Assembly (NCBI GenBank): GCA_045863235.1
Contig: BTUM01000006.1
Coordinates: 64,001-128,000, forward strand
Reading direction: 5' to 3'
Length of the DNA: 64,000 bases
Origin: Candidatus Xenobia bacterium
GTDB lineage: Bacteria; Vulcanimicrobiota; Xenobia; Xenobiales; QWHO01
The notes below the pieces were generated by a model, which searched no databases, was not told the DNA's origin, and saw only the letters and a list, made by a program, of their open reading frames with translations. Below, in pieces: positions 19,326 through 28,020 of the stretch (positions are counted from its first letter, which is position 1; each line of letters opens with the position of its first letter). A program made the position numbers and the translations under genes.

Positions 19326-20369
19326 ATGACCGAGTGCTGCAGCTGCGGGCTCGAGATCGAGCCGGGGCGAGGCCGTTCCTGGGAGGACGGCCTGGCTTAC
19401 TGCTTTTCTTGCGAGAAGGGCCAGCCCCGCTGTCTCTGGTGTCGCCGTCCGGTCTTCGAGGCGGCCACCCGGGGCAGCGACAAGGTCATCTGCATCTACT
19501 GCGCTCCCCAGTTTCCGCGCTGCGATCATTGCCACGAGCTGATCCACGGCGACTGCCTGACCTACCTCGACAAAGCCTACTGCCGCGGCTGCGCCCAGCG
19601 CTACCCGCTCTGCCTCGAGTGTGGCCAGGCCATCGCGCGGGGTGGCGAGTGCCCGGACTGCCACGGTCCGGCTCGAGCCTGCGCCGGCTGTGGAGCGCTC
19701 TTTGCCGATCGCTGGCTGGTCTTCGAGGACTGCTGGTACTGCCTCCCCTGCTACTGGCGGGCCTACGGTCGGTGCCGTTTCTGCCAGGAAGAAAAGCCCC
19801 GCAATGTGGACAACGTGTGCCGCGATTGCCATGCCCCCGTCGTGACGGGGGCGGCGGCGGCCCGCCGCCTGCTCGACGATGTGCAGCTTTTTTGTCGCGA
19901 AGAGCTGGGCCTGTGGGTGGAGGACCCCTACGAGCTGCGCCTGGCCCGCTCGGCCTCGGCCATCCCCAAGCTGCACACCGACGCCTACACGCTCAGCCTG
20001 GCCACGGTGGGTCTGTGGGCCGAGCGCGAGCGGGCGATGTGGGTGGTGGAGGGCTATCCGGTCTGGTTCACCAGCGTCATCCTGGCCCACGAGCACGCCC
20101 ACGCCTGGCAGTCGGAGAACTGCCCGCAACAGAGCCAGGACGTGATGGAGGGCTTTGCCAGCTGGGTGGAGTGGCGCGTGGCCCACAGCCTGGGCTACGC
20201 GACCTTCGCCGACAACATGGTGTCGCTCGACTGCCCCATTTACGGGGTCGGGTTGCGTCGCTGCCTGCAGCTCGAACGGCAGCTCGGGCCTGCCCGGCTG
20301 GTGGAGAAAATGCGCACCTTGCAGAGCTTTTCCCTGTGGACTTCGTTCCGGGCCTGGCTATTTTCATGA
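19326..20369 (+). CDS. Cys-rich (LIM-like) protein with DA1-like HExxH zinc metallopeptidase domain
   Basis: Tandem CxxC pairs over ~165 aa; ILAHEHAHAW...MEGF...IYGVGLR. Confidence 0.8.
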   Translation: MTECCSCGLEIEPGRGRSWEDGLAYCFSCEKGQPRCLWCRRPVFEAATRGSDKVICIYCAPQFPRCDHCHELIHGDCLTYLDKAYCRGCAQRYPLCLECGQAIARGGECPDCHGPARACAGCGALFADRWLVFEDCWYCLPCYWRAYGRCRFCQEEKPRNVDNVCRDCHAPVVTGAAAARRLLDDVQLFCREELGLWVEDPYELRLARSASAIPKLHTDAYTLSLATVGLWAERERAMWVVEGYPVWFTSVILAHEHAHAWQSENCPQQSQDVMEGFASWVEWRVAHSLGYATFADNMVSLDCPIYGVGLRRCLQLERQLGPARLVEKMRTLQSFSLWTSFRAWLFS

Positions 20370-20665
20370 ACAGGACCAGGACTCTGGCCGTCTTCCGAAA
20401 GCTCAACGGGGTGACAGCGAGAGGTCTCCTCCGAGCTCCTTCACAAGTGAGACTGGGGCTGAGCGCGAGCGGCGATATAGTGGAGGGGAATGCAGGGGGT
20501 TGCAGCGGCGCTGGTGAAGCACGGTCGGCCGGGTGGCGGCCCGTGCAGACGGCCGCCGGTTCGGGTGCATCGCGGTGGATGTCCGTGAGCTCCGAACCCT
20601 TGAACGTGATGACCTGCAAAGCCCGTTACCGAACATCCCTCTGGCACAGGAGTATTACGACTGCT

Positions 20666-21451
20666 ATGAGAGCTCTTTCCCTGCTCCTTTGCACCTTATT
20701 GATGACGCCGGTACTGGCACAGTCGCAAACCGCACCCGTCGAGCAGCCGATTGACGGACCGCTGCAACTCGAGACCGGAGTGGTGCTCGAGAGTCTTACG
20801 AACGGAAACTCCGGCTGGCAAGAGTACTATCTCCGGGGCAAAAAGACGTTTGCCCCCCGCAATACGATTTACTGGGGCTACCGCCATACCGAGCGCTTCG
20901 ACTTGCAGGATGAGGAGGGCACGCTCGGCGGCTACTTCCCCCTGAGCGAGGAGCTCACCGGGAATCTCGAGCTGAGCTTGTGTCCCAGTCATCAGGTGTT
21001 GCCGCGCTATTCCGCTCTCGGCTCGCTGAACTACCAGTTGGGCGACGGCTGGGGACTGGAGGGCGCGCTCAACAACCGGCGCTACACCTTCGATAACGTC
21101 TTCATCGAGCGCTTTACCCTGGAAAAGTACTTTGACTCGAACCGCATGGCCTACTCACTCTGGCTCAGCCAGTCGGATACCGGGGGCTCAGGCACGAGCC
21201 ACTCCCTGCAGTTCACGCACTATTATGGGGATGACGAGCAAAACAGCCTGAACATCTCGGGCTCGTTCGGCAACCAGGTCGAGACCGTGGCTCCCGGCGT
21301 GCAACGCCCCTCGAATTCGACCGGCGTTGCGCTCTGGGGCGTTCAGGAGGTGAGCCCCGGGTGGGCGATCACCTATGGTTACGGCTACAACGACCAGGAC
21401 CCTTTCTACACGCGGCAGGGATTCAACTTCGGCTTACGGGCGGATTTCTGA
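20666..21451 (+). CDS. YaiO-family outer-membrane beta-barrel protein
   Basis: Signal peptide MRALSLLL...VLA; LTNGNSGWQE, TERFDLQD, PSHQVLPRYS, LEKYF; terminal Phe (GLRADF). Confidence 0.8.
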   Translation: MRALSLLLCTLLMTPVLAQSQTAPVEQPIDGPLQLETGVVLESLTNGNSGWQEYYLRGKKTFAPRNTIYWGYRHTERFDLQDEEGTLGGYFPLSEELTGNLELSLCPSHQVLPRYSALGSLNYQLGDGWGLEGALNNRRYTFDNVFIERFTLEKYFDSNRMAYSLWLSQSDTGGSGTSHSLQFTHYYGDDEQNSLNISGSFGNQVETVAPGVQRPSNSTGVALWGVQEVSPGWAITYGYGYNDQDPFYTRQGFNFGLRADF

Positions 21452-22850
21452 GCCCCCGGCGCTCCATGTTGCCCCAGGCGTGGTCGCCCTTGAGGAACTT
21501 CCAGAGGCCCTTCAGGCGCCACCAGACCGTGAGCTGCCGGTAGCCGACGTTCTCGAGCACGGCCCAGGCGAGCAGCAGCGCGCGGTCGCTCAGACGGTCG
21601 AAGCGATGGAAGCTCCACTCCTCGAGAACGAGCGACATGATGGAGAGTACGAGCCCGTATCCGTAAGCCACCAGGAAGAACAGCACCGCGAAGGTCCAGT
21701 TGAGGGCCCCGAGGGCCACGCCGAGCACGCTGATCAGGATTCCTAGAGCTTCCACCACCGGGGCCAGCAGCTCGAAGAAGAGGAAGTAGGGGAGGGCCAG
21801 CATCCCAAGGCTTCCATAGCGCGGGCGGAAGAGAAGGCCCCGGTAGCGCCACAGAACGTCAGAAAGGCCGCGGTGCCAGCGATCGCGCTGACGACCCAAC
21901 ACACGCAGGGTTTCGGGGACCTCGGTCCAGGCCACCGGGTCGGGGATAAAGACTACCTTGCCCGGCGATTTCCGCTCGTAGCTCCGGCGGCGCAGGCGCG
22001 CTACCAGCTCCATGTCCTCGCCGACGCTGGACTTCTCATAACCGCCGGCTTGGATGACAGCACGCCGCGAGAAGAGCCCGAAGGCACCCGAGATGATCAG
22101 GTTGCCGCCCAGCCGGTTCCACCCCAGTCGCCCGAACAGGAAGGCCCGCAGATACTCGACGGTCTGAAAGCCGGGGAGGGGGCGGCGGGGGACTCGCGCC
22201 ACGACCCGGCCCATCTCGACCTGGCAATCGTTGACAACCCGGATCGTCCCGCCGCAGGCCGCGACCTGCGGGTCGCGCAGGAACGGGCGCACCAGCTTCA
22301 TCAGCGCGTTCGCCTCCACCAGCGTGTCGGCATCCATCGCGCACACCAGCTCGGAGGTCGCGACCTGGAGCCCGAGGTTCAGAGCGTCTGCCTTGCCCCC
22401 GTTCGCTTTGTCCACTACGACCAGATTGGGGTAATCCGGGGAGTGATAGAGAGCGCGGAGCTCCGCCGTCTGGAGCTGCTTGCGGTAGATCGGCCGCACC
22501 GCCACGAGCCCGAAGTGCTCTTTCAGTACTTCCATGGTCCGGTCCTTGGAGCCATCGTTGATCAAGACGATCTCCAGCCGCGGGTACTGGAGCGCTATCA
22601 TAGCCTTCAGGCTGTCGATCACGGTGGCTTCCTCATTGTACGCGGGAGCCAGCATGCTGATGGCGGGGGCGAACTGAGAGCTCAGAATGCGGTCCAGATG
22701 CTCTCCCCGAATTTCGACCATGTGACTGGACAACTCGCGGATGGCCTGGATCAGCAGCACCCCGTAGAACGTGTTCACCGCCAGAAAGTAGGCAAAGATG
22801 GCCAGGTCCGTGCTGAGCAGGAGCAAGCTCAAGAGCTCTCGCGCGGTCAC
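21423..22850 (-). CDS. Processive GT2 glycosyltransferase (PgaC/IcaA-like)
   Basis: PAYNEE, NDGSKD, NGGKADALN, DADT, GEDMEL, QRDRW, TM helices; GTGA overlap with the HEAT gene. Confidence 0.92.
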   Translation of the reverse strand: MTARELLSLLLLSTDLAIFAYFLAVNTFYGVLLIQAIRELSSHMVEIRGEHLDRILSSQFAPAISMLAPAYNEEATVIDSLKAMIALQYPRLEIVLINDGSKDRTMEVLKEHFGLVAVRPIYRKQLQTAELRALYHSPDYPNLVVVDKANGGKADALNLGLQVATSELVCAMDADTLVEANALMKLVRPFLRDPQVAACGGTIRVVNDCQVEMGRVVARVPRRPLPGFQTVEYLRAFLFGRLGWNRLGGNLIISGAFGLFSRRAVIQAGGYEKSSVGEDMELVARLRRRSYERKSPGKVVFIPDPVAWTEVPETLRVLGRQRDRWHRGLSDVLWRYRGLLFRPRYGSLGMLALPYFLFFELLAPVVEALGILISVLGVALGALNWTFAVLFFLVAYGYGLVLSIMSLVLEEWSFHRFDRLSDRALLLAWAVLENVGYRQLTVWWRLKGLWKFLKGDHAWGNMERRGLRNPPVSRS

Positions 22851-23863
22851 GATAGCTCCAGCACGTAACGGGCCATGTCGCAAGCAAATCGGTCAGCTCC
22901 CTCGGTGGCGCGCTTGAGCGCCAGCCGGCCAGGGGCTCCCAGCTTGCACAGCGCCAGCGCGGCATGGCGTCGGACTTCCCAGGCCGGGTCGCGTAAGGCC
23001 TCGCCCAGTGCCGGCGCCGCAGGCCAGAACTCCAGCCGCCCCAGCGCGGCCGCGGAGCGAGCCCGCACGTCCGACTCCGGGTCCTGGACCAGGCCGAGGA
23101 GGGCGTCCGTTCCCTCCTGGCCTCCCAGGGCACCCAGCAGATCGGCCGCCCGAGCCCGCAAGGCCGGGTCGGGATGGCCGCAAAACCGGAGTCCGGCTGA
23201 CAGGTAACGGGCGTCCGCGAGGATCGAGGCCACCTCCAGAGCGCTGATGAGCCATTCGGTGTCATGAGTCTCCTTGAGCATGGGGGAAAGCGTCTCGGCC
23301 ACGCCGTCGCCGAGCTTGAGAAGCGCATCCTGAACCGAGAAACGCGCCACGGTGCGGTCTGCAAGCAGCTCCAGGAGGCGCCGGACGCGCTCAGGTGTGG
23401 GGAAGACGGCAGCCCATTGTGCGGCTTCGGCGCGCACCGGATCGGAAGGGTCGCGCAGCAAGCTGTCGATCAGGGGGCTGTCGGCCCCCAGGGAGGAGAG
23501 GAGGCGAACGCCACGCAAGCGCGCCAGCCATGACCGAGAGCGACACCAGCTCTGAGCGCGCGCTTCCAGGCCGCGGTGCCGGGCCATGTCGCGCAGTCGT
23601 TGAAGGGGCTGTCCCGTCAGGAAGCGGCTGAGATCTTCGAGCAGTTCGATCTGAAGGTCCGGGGGAAGCGCGCGCAGATCGGGCCCGAGCTCGTCTCCCT
23701 CCACCAGGGCCTGCGCCAGTCGCGCGCGCACCCCGGGTAGCGCGGTCAACTTGCGGCGCCGAAGCTCGTGACTCAGAGCGCTCGCCAGGATGGACAGGAC
23801 GAGCGCCGCCAGGAGCCCCCCCTCGCTGACCACAGCCCAGAATAGATCGAGCTCCGAGCTCAA
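22847..23863 (-). CDS. HEAT-repeat protein with N-terminal TM helix
   Basis: Repeated LxDPxxxVRxxAAxALG units; TTGA overlap with the upstream gene. Confidence 0.88.
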   Translation of the reverse strand: MSSELDLFWAVVSEGGLLAALVLSILASALSHELRRRKLTALPGVRARLAQALVEGDELGPDLRALPPDLQIELLEDLSRFLTGQPLQRLRDMARHRGLEARAQSWCRSRSWLARLRGVRLLSSLGADSPLIDSLLRDPSDPVRAEAAQWAAVFPTPERVRRLLELLADRTVARFSVQDALLKLGDGVAETLSPMLKETHDTEWLISALEVASILADARYLSAGLRFCGHPDPALRARAADLLGALGGQEGTDALLGLVQDPESDVRARSAAALGRLEFWPAAPALGEALRDPAWEVRRHAALALCKLGAPGRLALKRATEGADRFACDMARYVLELS

Positions 23864-25974
23864 GATGCCCGCAGAGCGCGGCGCACCTTTTGCAGAAGCA
23901 CCGGCAGGCTGAAAGGTTTGGTCGTGTGGTCGAAAGCTCCCTTTTCCAGGCTCTCCAGGATATCAGCCTCGCTGGAGTGGGCGGTTAGAACGATGACACG
24001 CGTGCCCGGTGCTCGCTCGCGCACCTTCTCGAGCACCTTCCGGCCGGACAGGCCAGGGAGGCCGAGGTCCAGCAACAGAACGCGCGCTCTCAAGCTGGGA
24101 GGATTCCCGGCCAGGGCCTGGCAGGCGCTGGAGCCGTCCTGAAATCCAAAGGTTCGATATCCCTGCGCTCCCAGAGCGTGGAGCAGGAGAGCGGCCAGGC
24201 TCGGGTCGTCCTCCACGACTGCCACGTCCACGGGTGTAACTCGCTCGAGCTCGTCGTGGCCCGGCTCGGCTGCCTCCATCAGGGCCTCGATCGAGCTGTG
24301 CTCGGGGTAGTGGGCCATGCCGAACGAGAGATCGGGAACAGACTTGCGAAGGCGGTCCATGCGGTCGGTCAGGTCCCAGGGGGACTCGCCCAGGGCCACC
24401 ACTGCGAAATCCTCGGACCAGCGCCCCACGGCCTCTCCGTTGGCAAACTGCTCGGCCAGGAGCTCGTCCAGGCCCGGCCGGGGACGCAGCCGCACGACCG
24501 TCAGGGGGAGCTCCAGTCGCTCCGCCCGGCGAAGCAAGAGCCGCGCCAGGACACCGAAATCTCCCCCTGCCAGGCGGCGCTCTCTGCCTCGCCGACTGAG
24601 CCAGGCGGCCACCCGGGACAGGACTTCAGGCCCTACTACTGGCTTGGAGATGAAGTCGTTGGCCCCGGCTCGGAACACCGACCTGACTGTGTCCGCGCCC
24701 TTGTCACTCGTCAGGAACAAGATGGGAAGATTCGCCCAGGTTGGATCGGAGCGAACGGCGCGGCAAAGCTCGGTGCCGGTCAGATGCGGGAGGCGCTGGT
24801 CGAGCAGCAACAAGTCGGGCTCTGTCTCGGTCAGGTACTTCCAGAGCTGGAGAGGATCCTCGAGAGTGGTCACATGATAGCCCGCCGGCGTCAACAGGTT
24901 CTCCAGAGTGGTCAGAATCTGGGGATCGTCGTCGACGGCCAGGATGCGAATGCGCTGGGAGGACGGCTGCACGCGCAGCATTCCCGTGAGAAGCGAGGTG
25001 ATCTGGTCGTCCGGCCCGACCACGAAGAGTGCCCCCCGGCGGACGGCCTCGGCCCTGGTGGCGAGGTCGCCGGTGCGAGCCAACACCGGGAGCGCCGGGA
25101 AGTGCTTCTCGAGCTTGGCCAGGAGACTCCGGGCCGCGCCCTGGTCGGGCCCGTCCAGGTCGAGCAAGACGCAGGCGGGAAACTGCTCGGCCAGACAGCG
25201 CCAGACTTGCTCCGGACCCTCGACCCAGCGCAAGCGGCAGGGCGCCTCGTCCAGCCCCTCCCAGGCCGTGCCCAGCCCTAGCACGTAGGGCCCCGCGGGC
25301 TCAACCATCGGGACCTCGACGCCCGAGTGTTGGAGCGCGCGCTCGAGCTCGAGAACGAGCTCCGCCAGGCGGGGGGTCTGGGCGGCCTCCACTCCCGACC
25401 GAAAAGCCTCCTCCAGTTGCTGGGCCAGCTCGCTTCCGTTCGGCAGCCCGAAGGTTCCCAGCGAACCGGCCAGCTTGTGGGCCTCCTCCCGCGCTTTCTG
25501 GCGCAACGGCTCGGTCAGCTGTCCGCCAAGTAGGGCCATCACGGCCTCTTCCAACAACTTGACGCGCTGCAGGTTGGCTGGGAGGTACTGCTCCCAAAGG
25601 CGCGTGATCTTCTGACGGGTCGACTGCGACACGCAGTTACTGGCGATGGCGTCGAGCAGCTCCTCTGGCAACAGCGGGTGCATGAGAATTCTCTCGACGC
25701 CGAGCTCGACGAGACGCCGCAGGAGGCCAGGGTCGTCGATGGACTGGAGCGAGTACAGGACGCGCGGGCGCTGCTTCGGATCGAGCGGCTGCAGCAGGTC
25801 CAGACCACTGCCGTGCTCGAGGCGGTGATCGAGCAGTAAGACGTCGGGGCGCTCGGTTTGCAGGTGCCGGAGGAACTCAATGGGGTCGGCCGGAGCGCGC
25901 ACGATTTCGCAACCCAGCTTTTTGCAAAGCCAGGTTCCGATCTCAGGCGGAACCCCGGCCAGAGAGATCTTCAC
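23860..25974 (-). CDS. Multi-domain response regulator REC-Hpt-REC-REC-degenerate GGDEF-REC
   Basis: Hpt AHKLAGSLGTFG; REC ILAVDDDP...LLDQRLP...KP; GRWSEDF in place of RWGGEEF; C-terminal REC VVEDDP. Confidence 0.85.
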   Translation of the reverse strand: MKISLAGVPPEIGTWLCKKLGCEIVRAPADPIEFLRHLQTERPDVLLLDHRLEHGSGLDLLQPLDPKQRPRVLYSLQSIDDPGLLRRLVELGVERILMHPLLPEELLDAIASNCVSQSTRQKITRLWEQYLPANLQRVKLLEEAVMALLGGQLTEPLRQKAREEAHKLAGSLGTFGLPNGSELAQQLEEAFRSGVEAAQTPRLAELVLELERALQHSGVEVPMVEPAGPYVLGLGTAWEGLDEAPCRLRWVEGPEQVWRCLAEQFPACVLLDLDGPDQGAARSLLAKLEKHFPALPVLARTGDLATRAEAVRRGALFVVGPDDQITSLLTGMLRVQPSSQRIRILAVDDDPQILTTLENLLTPAGYHVTTLEDPLQLWKYLTETEPDLLLLDQRLPHLTGTELCRAVRSDPTWANLPILFLTSDKGADTVRSVFRAGANDFISKPVVGPEVLSRVAAWLSRRGRERRLAGGDFGVLARLLLRRAERLELPLTVVRLRPRPGLDELLAEQFANGEAVGRWSEDFAVVALGESPWDLTDRMDRLRKSVPDLSFGMAHYPEHSSIEALMEAAEPGHDELERVTPVDVAVVEDDPSLAALLLHALGAQGYRTFGFQDGSSACQALAGNPPSLRARVLLLDLGLPGLSGRKVLEKVRERAPGTRVIVLTAHSSEADILESLEKGAFDHTTKPFSLPVLLQKVRRALRAS

Positions 25975-26244
25975 GGCTGGCCCTTCGTCCCCGCTTTGCG
26001 CGCTCCTTGCTCTGTCTGCCGCCCGCGCGGGGTTGGTGAAGCCTGGCGGGCCAAGGTCCGTCCAAAAGCCCACTCTGTCGAGCTTGAAGCCCCCCAGGTG
26101 CCGCAACTCCTCAAAGTCCCGGAGATTGGCCAGACAGGCCGGCCGTTCGTGGCTGCACTCCAACACGCCCTGTGCTGGGACTGGCGATAGCCAGGATCCA
26201 CCTGCGAGAGAGGAGAGCCCCGGCAAGAGTAAGAACTCGGGCTC

Positions 26245-26949
26245 GTGACCTGCGACAAGCCAAGCATCCTCCTGGTGGAAGACGACGCGATGCTGGCCGA
26301 GCTCGTCAAGGGTCAGATGGACCTGGAGGGCTTCGACGTCACCGTCGCCGGAACCGGAAGCCAGGCCCTGGAAATCCTGTCTCAGGTCGAGCCCGGCCTC
26401 ATCATTTTGGACGTACGCCTCCCGGATATGGACGGAATCTCCCTGTGCCGCCAGATCAGGCGGACACGGCGGACCCCCATCCTGTTCCTGAGCGGTTGTG
26501 CCGAGGATATCGACAAAGTGGTGGGGCTGGAGGTCGGTGCTGATGACTATCTTGCCAAGCCCTTCAATCCTCGAGAATTGCTGGCTCGCGTCCGGGCGTT
26601 GTTGCGCCGTTGGCTCGATTGGGGCCCGATGCGAGCTGAGTCCGACGAAGCAGGACGCTTGCAGCGTGGAGGGCTGGACCTGGATCTCAAAGGTCTGACC
26701 GCCACCCTTGAAGGGCGAGAGCTCGCGCTGACGACCCTTGAGTTTTCGATTCTACGTCTTCTTGCGGAGAATGCCGGCCGGGTCTTGAATCGGCAACAGA
26801 TTCTAGACGGCGCTTGGGGGCCAGATTTTTTCGGAGATGAGCGGACTGTTGATGCGCACATTCGAAATCTGAGGGCCAAGATGCGCGCGGTCAGCCACTC
26901 CGAGATCATTGTGTCCGTGCGAGGCGTCGGCTATAAACTCGTCGGATAA
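26245..26949 (+). CDS. OmpR/PhoB-family response regulator
   Basis: LLVEDD, LDVRLP, GADDYLAKPF, RTVDAHIRNLR, VRGVGYK. Confidence 0.95.
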   Translation: MTCDKPSILLVEDDAMLAELVKGQMDLEGFDVTVAGTGSQALEILSQVEPGLIILDVRLPDMDGISLCRQIRRTRRTPILFLSGCAEDIDKVVGLEVGADDYLAKPFNPRELLARVRALLRRWLDWGPMRAESDEAGRLQRGGLDLDLKGLTATLEGRELALTTLEFSILRLLAENAGRVLNRQQILDGAWGPDFFGDERTVDAHIRNLRAKMRAVSHSEIIVSVRGVGYKLVG

Positions 26950-27149
26950 GGGGGGGGTCCCTCCAGATAGACCACCTGGAAATCCCCCCGCACGCAGGCG
27001 ATGCGAGAGCTCCGGGCGCGCCGGAGGTAAGTCAACTTTCCCCCGCATTCAGGGCAGCATTGCTTGGTCGAGTCTGTCTGCTCGAAATCGGCGGCTGCCA
27101 AATCGGCCACGGCAAAACACCGCTCGATCGAGAGTTCCACGGGATCCAT
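26931..27149 (-). CDS. Small hypothetical protein with CPECGG zinc-ribbon-like motif
   Basis: AGGAGG RBS before ATG 27149 (MDPVELSIERC...CCPECGGKLTY...IACVRGD). Confidence 0.5.
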   Translation of the reverse strand: MDPVELSIERCFAVADLAAADFEQTDSTKQCCPECGGKLTYLRRARSSRIACVRGDFQVVYLEGPPPYPTSL

Positions 27150-27259
27150 CAAATGTGTTCCTCCTGACCTGGATGGACCCAGGATAGCCGTTGCGCGTGA
27201 AGGCCGTATGCAGAGCGTGTGCAGGTTCGATGGGCCGCGTCGCAGCAGGACAAGGGAGC

Positions 27260-27812
27260 GTGCCGAGAAGGCCGCTGATTGCTGCCGGCTCAGCGCTCGG
27301 GAGCGCAACTCCAAGCGTAGAGGATCTCGCTCGACACGATGTCGGCAAACTGCTGGAGGGTTTCCAGCTCCCGCGCCGTCCAGGCCCGGGGTCTGCCATC
27401 AATGGCGCACAGACTCCCCAATACCTGACCGCAGGGAGTCACCAGGGGTATGCCCGCATTAAGCGATGACGCACAGGTCCGGAATCGCCAGATTGGCCTT
27501 GACCAGAGGTCTCGTGCGTCGGAGATGACCAGGGGCTGGCTCAGTCCCACAACGTGTTGGCAGAAAGGAATGGCTCAGGGGGGTCTGGCGGCGGCTCGCC
27601 CACGGCTCTCCCAGGCCGCAGGAGCTCTTGAAATACTGGCGCTGCTCGTCGACCAGCGATACCAGCGCAACCGGCACCGTGAGCAAGCGAACGATCAACT
27701 GCGTTATCCGATCAAAGGCCGGCTCCGGCGGGCTATCCATGAGCCTGCTGCGGTCCAGAGCCTCCAGGCGGGCTGAATCGCACAGGGATGGGTGCAGTAT
27801 GTGCTCTGTCAA
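27260..27812 (-). pseudogene. GAF-domain sensor pseudogene
   Basis: RLEAL...PEPAFDRIT...VSLVD...TPLSHSF|CQHVV...|AGIPL...LGSLCAID...WT, reconstructable only across at least three frameshifts; GGAGG RBS before TTG 27812. Confidence 0.85.
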
Positions 27813-28020
27813 GACATCCTCCAGACAGGATTGTAGCGATGGCCCTGGATGAGAGAAATGATTCAGATCAGCGGTTGCTGCGCAGCTCGGATCGTCACGT
27901 CTCAGCTTGAGGCTCGCGCAGCTCAAAGCAAAGGAGCTTCCCGACCCCGACGTTCCTGGACCTCCCCTGCCGAGAGGCCGTGCGTCTCCCACCGTGGCCA
28001 GGAGGAAGGTTGCGGCTCAG

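Noticed and set aside
20370..20665. Possible ncRNA or mobile-element end between the DA1-like and YaiO genes
   Set aside because: No convincing stems, terminal repeats or coding signal could be identified by eye
19313..21451. 712-aa ORF apparently fusing an Arg/Pro-rich region to the beta-barrel
   Set aside because: The N-terminal part is an off-frame overlap of the DA1-like gene; the barrel has its own signal peptide from ATG 20666
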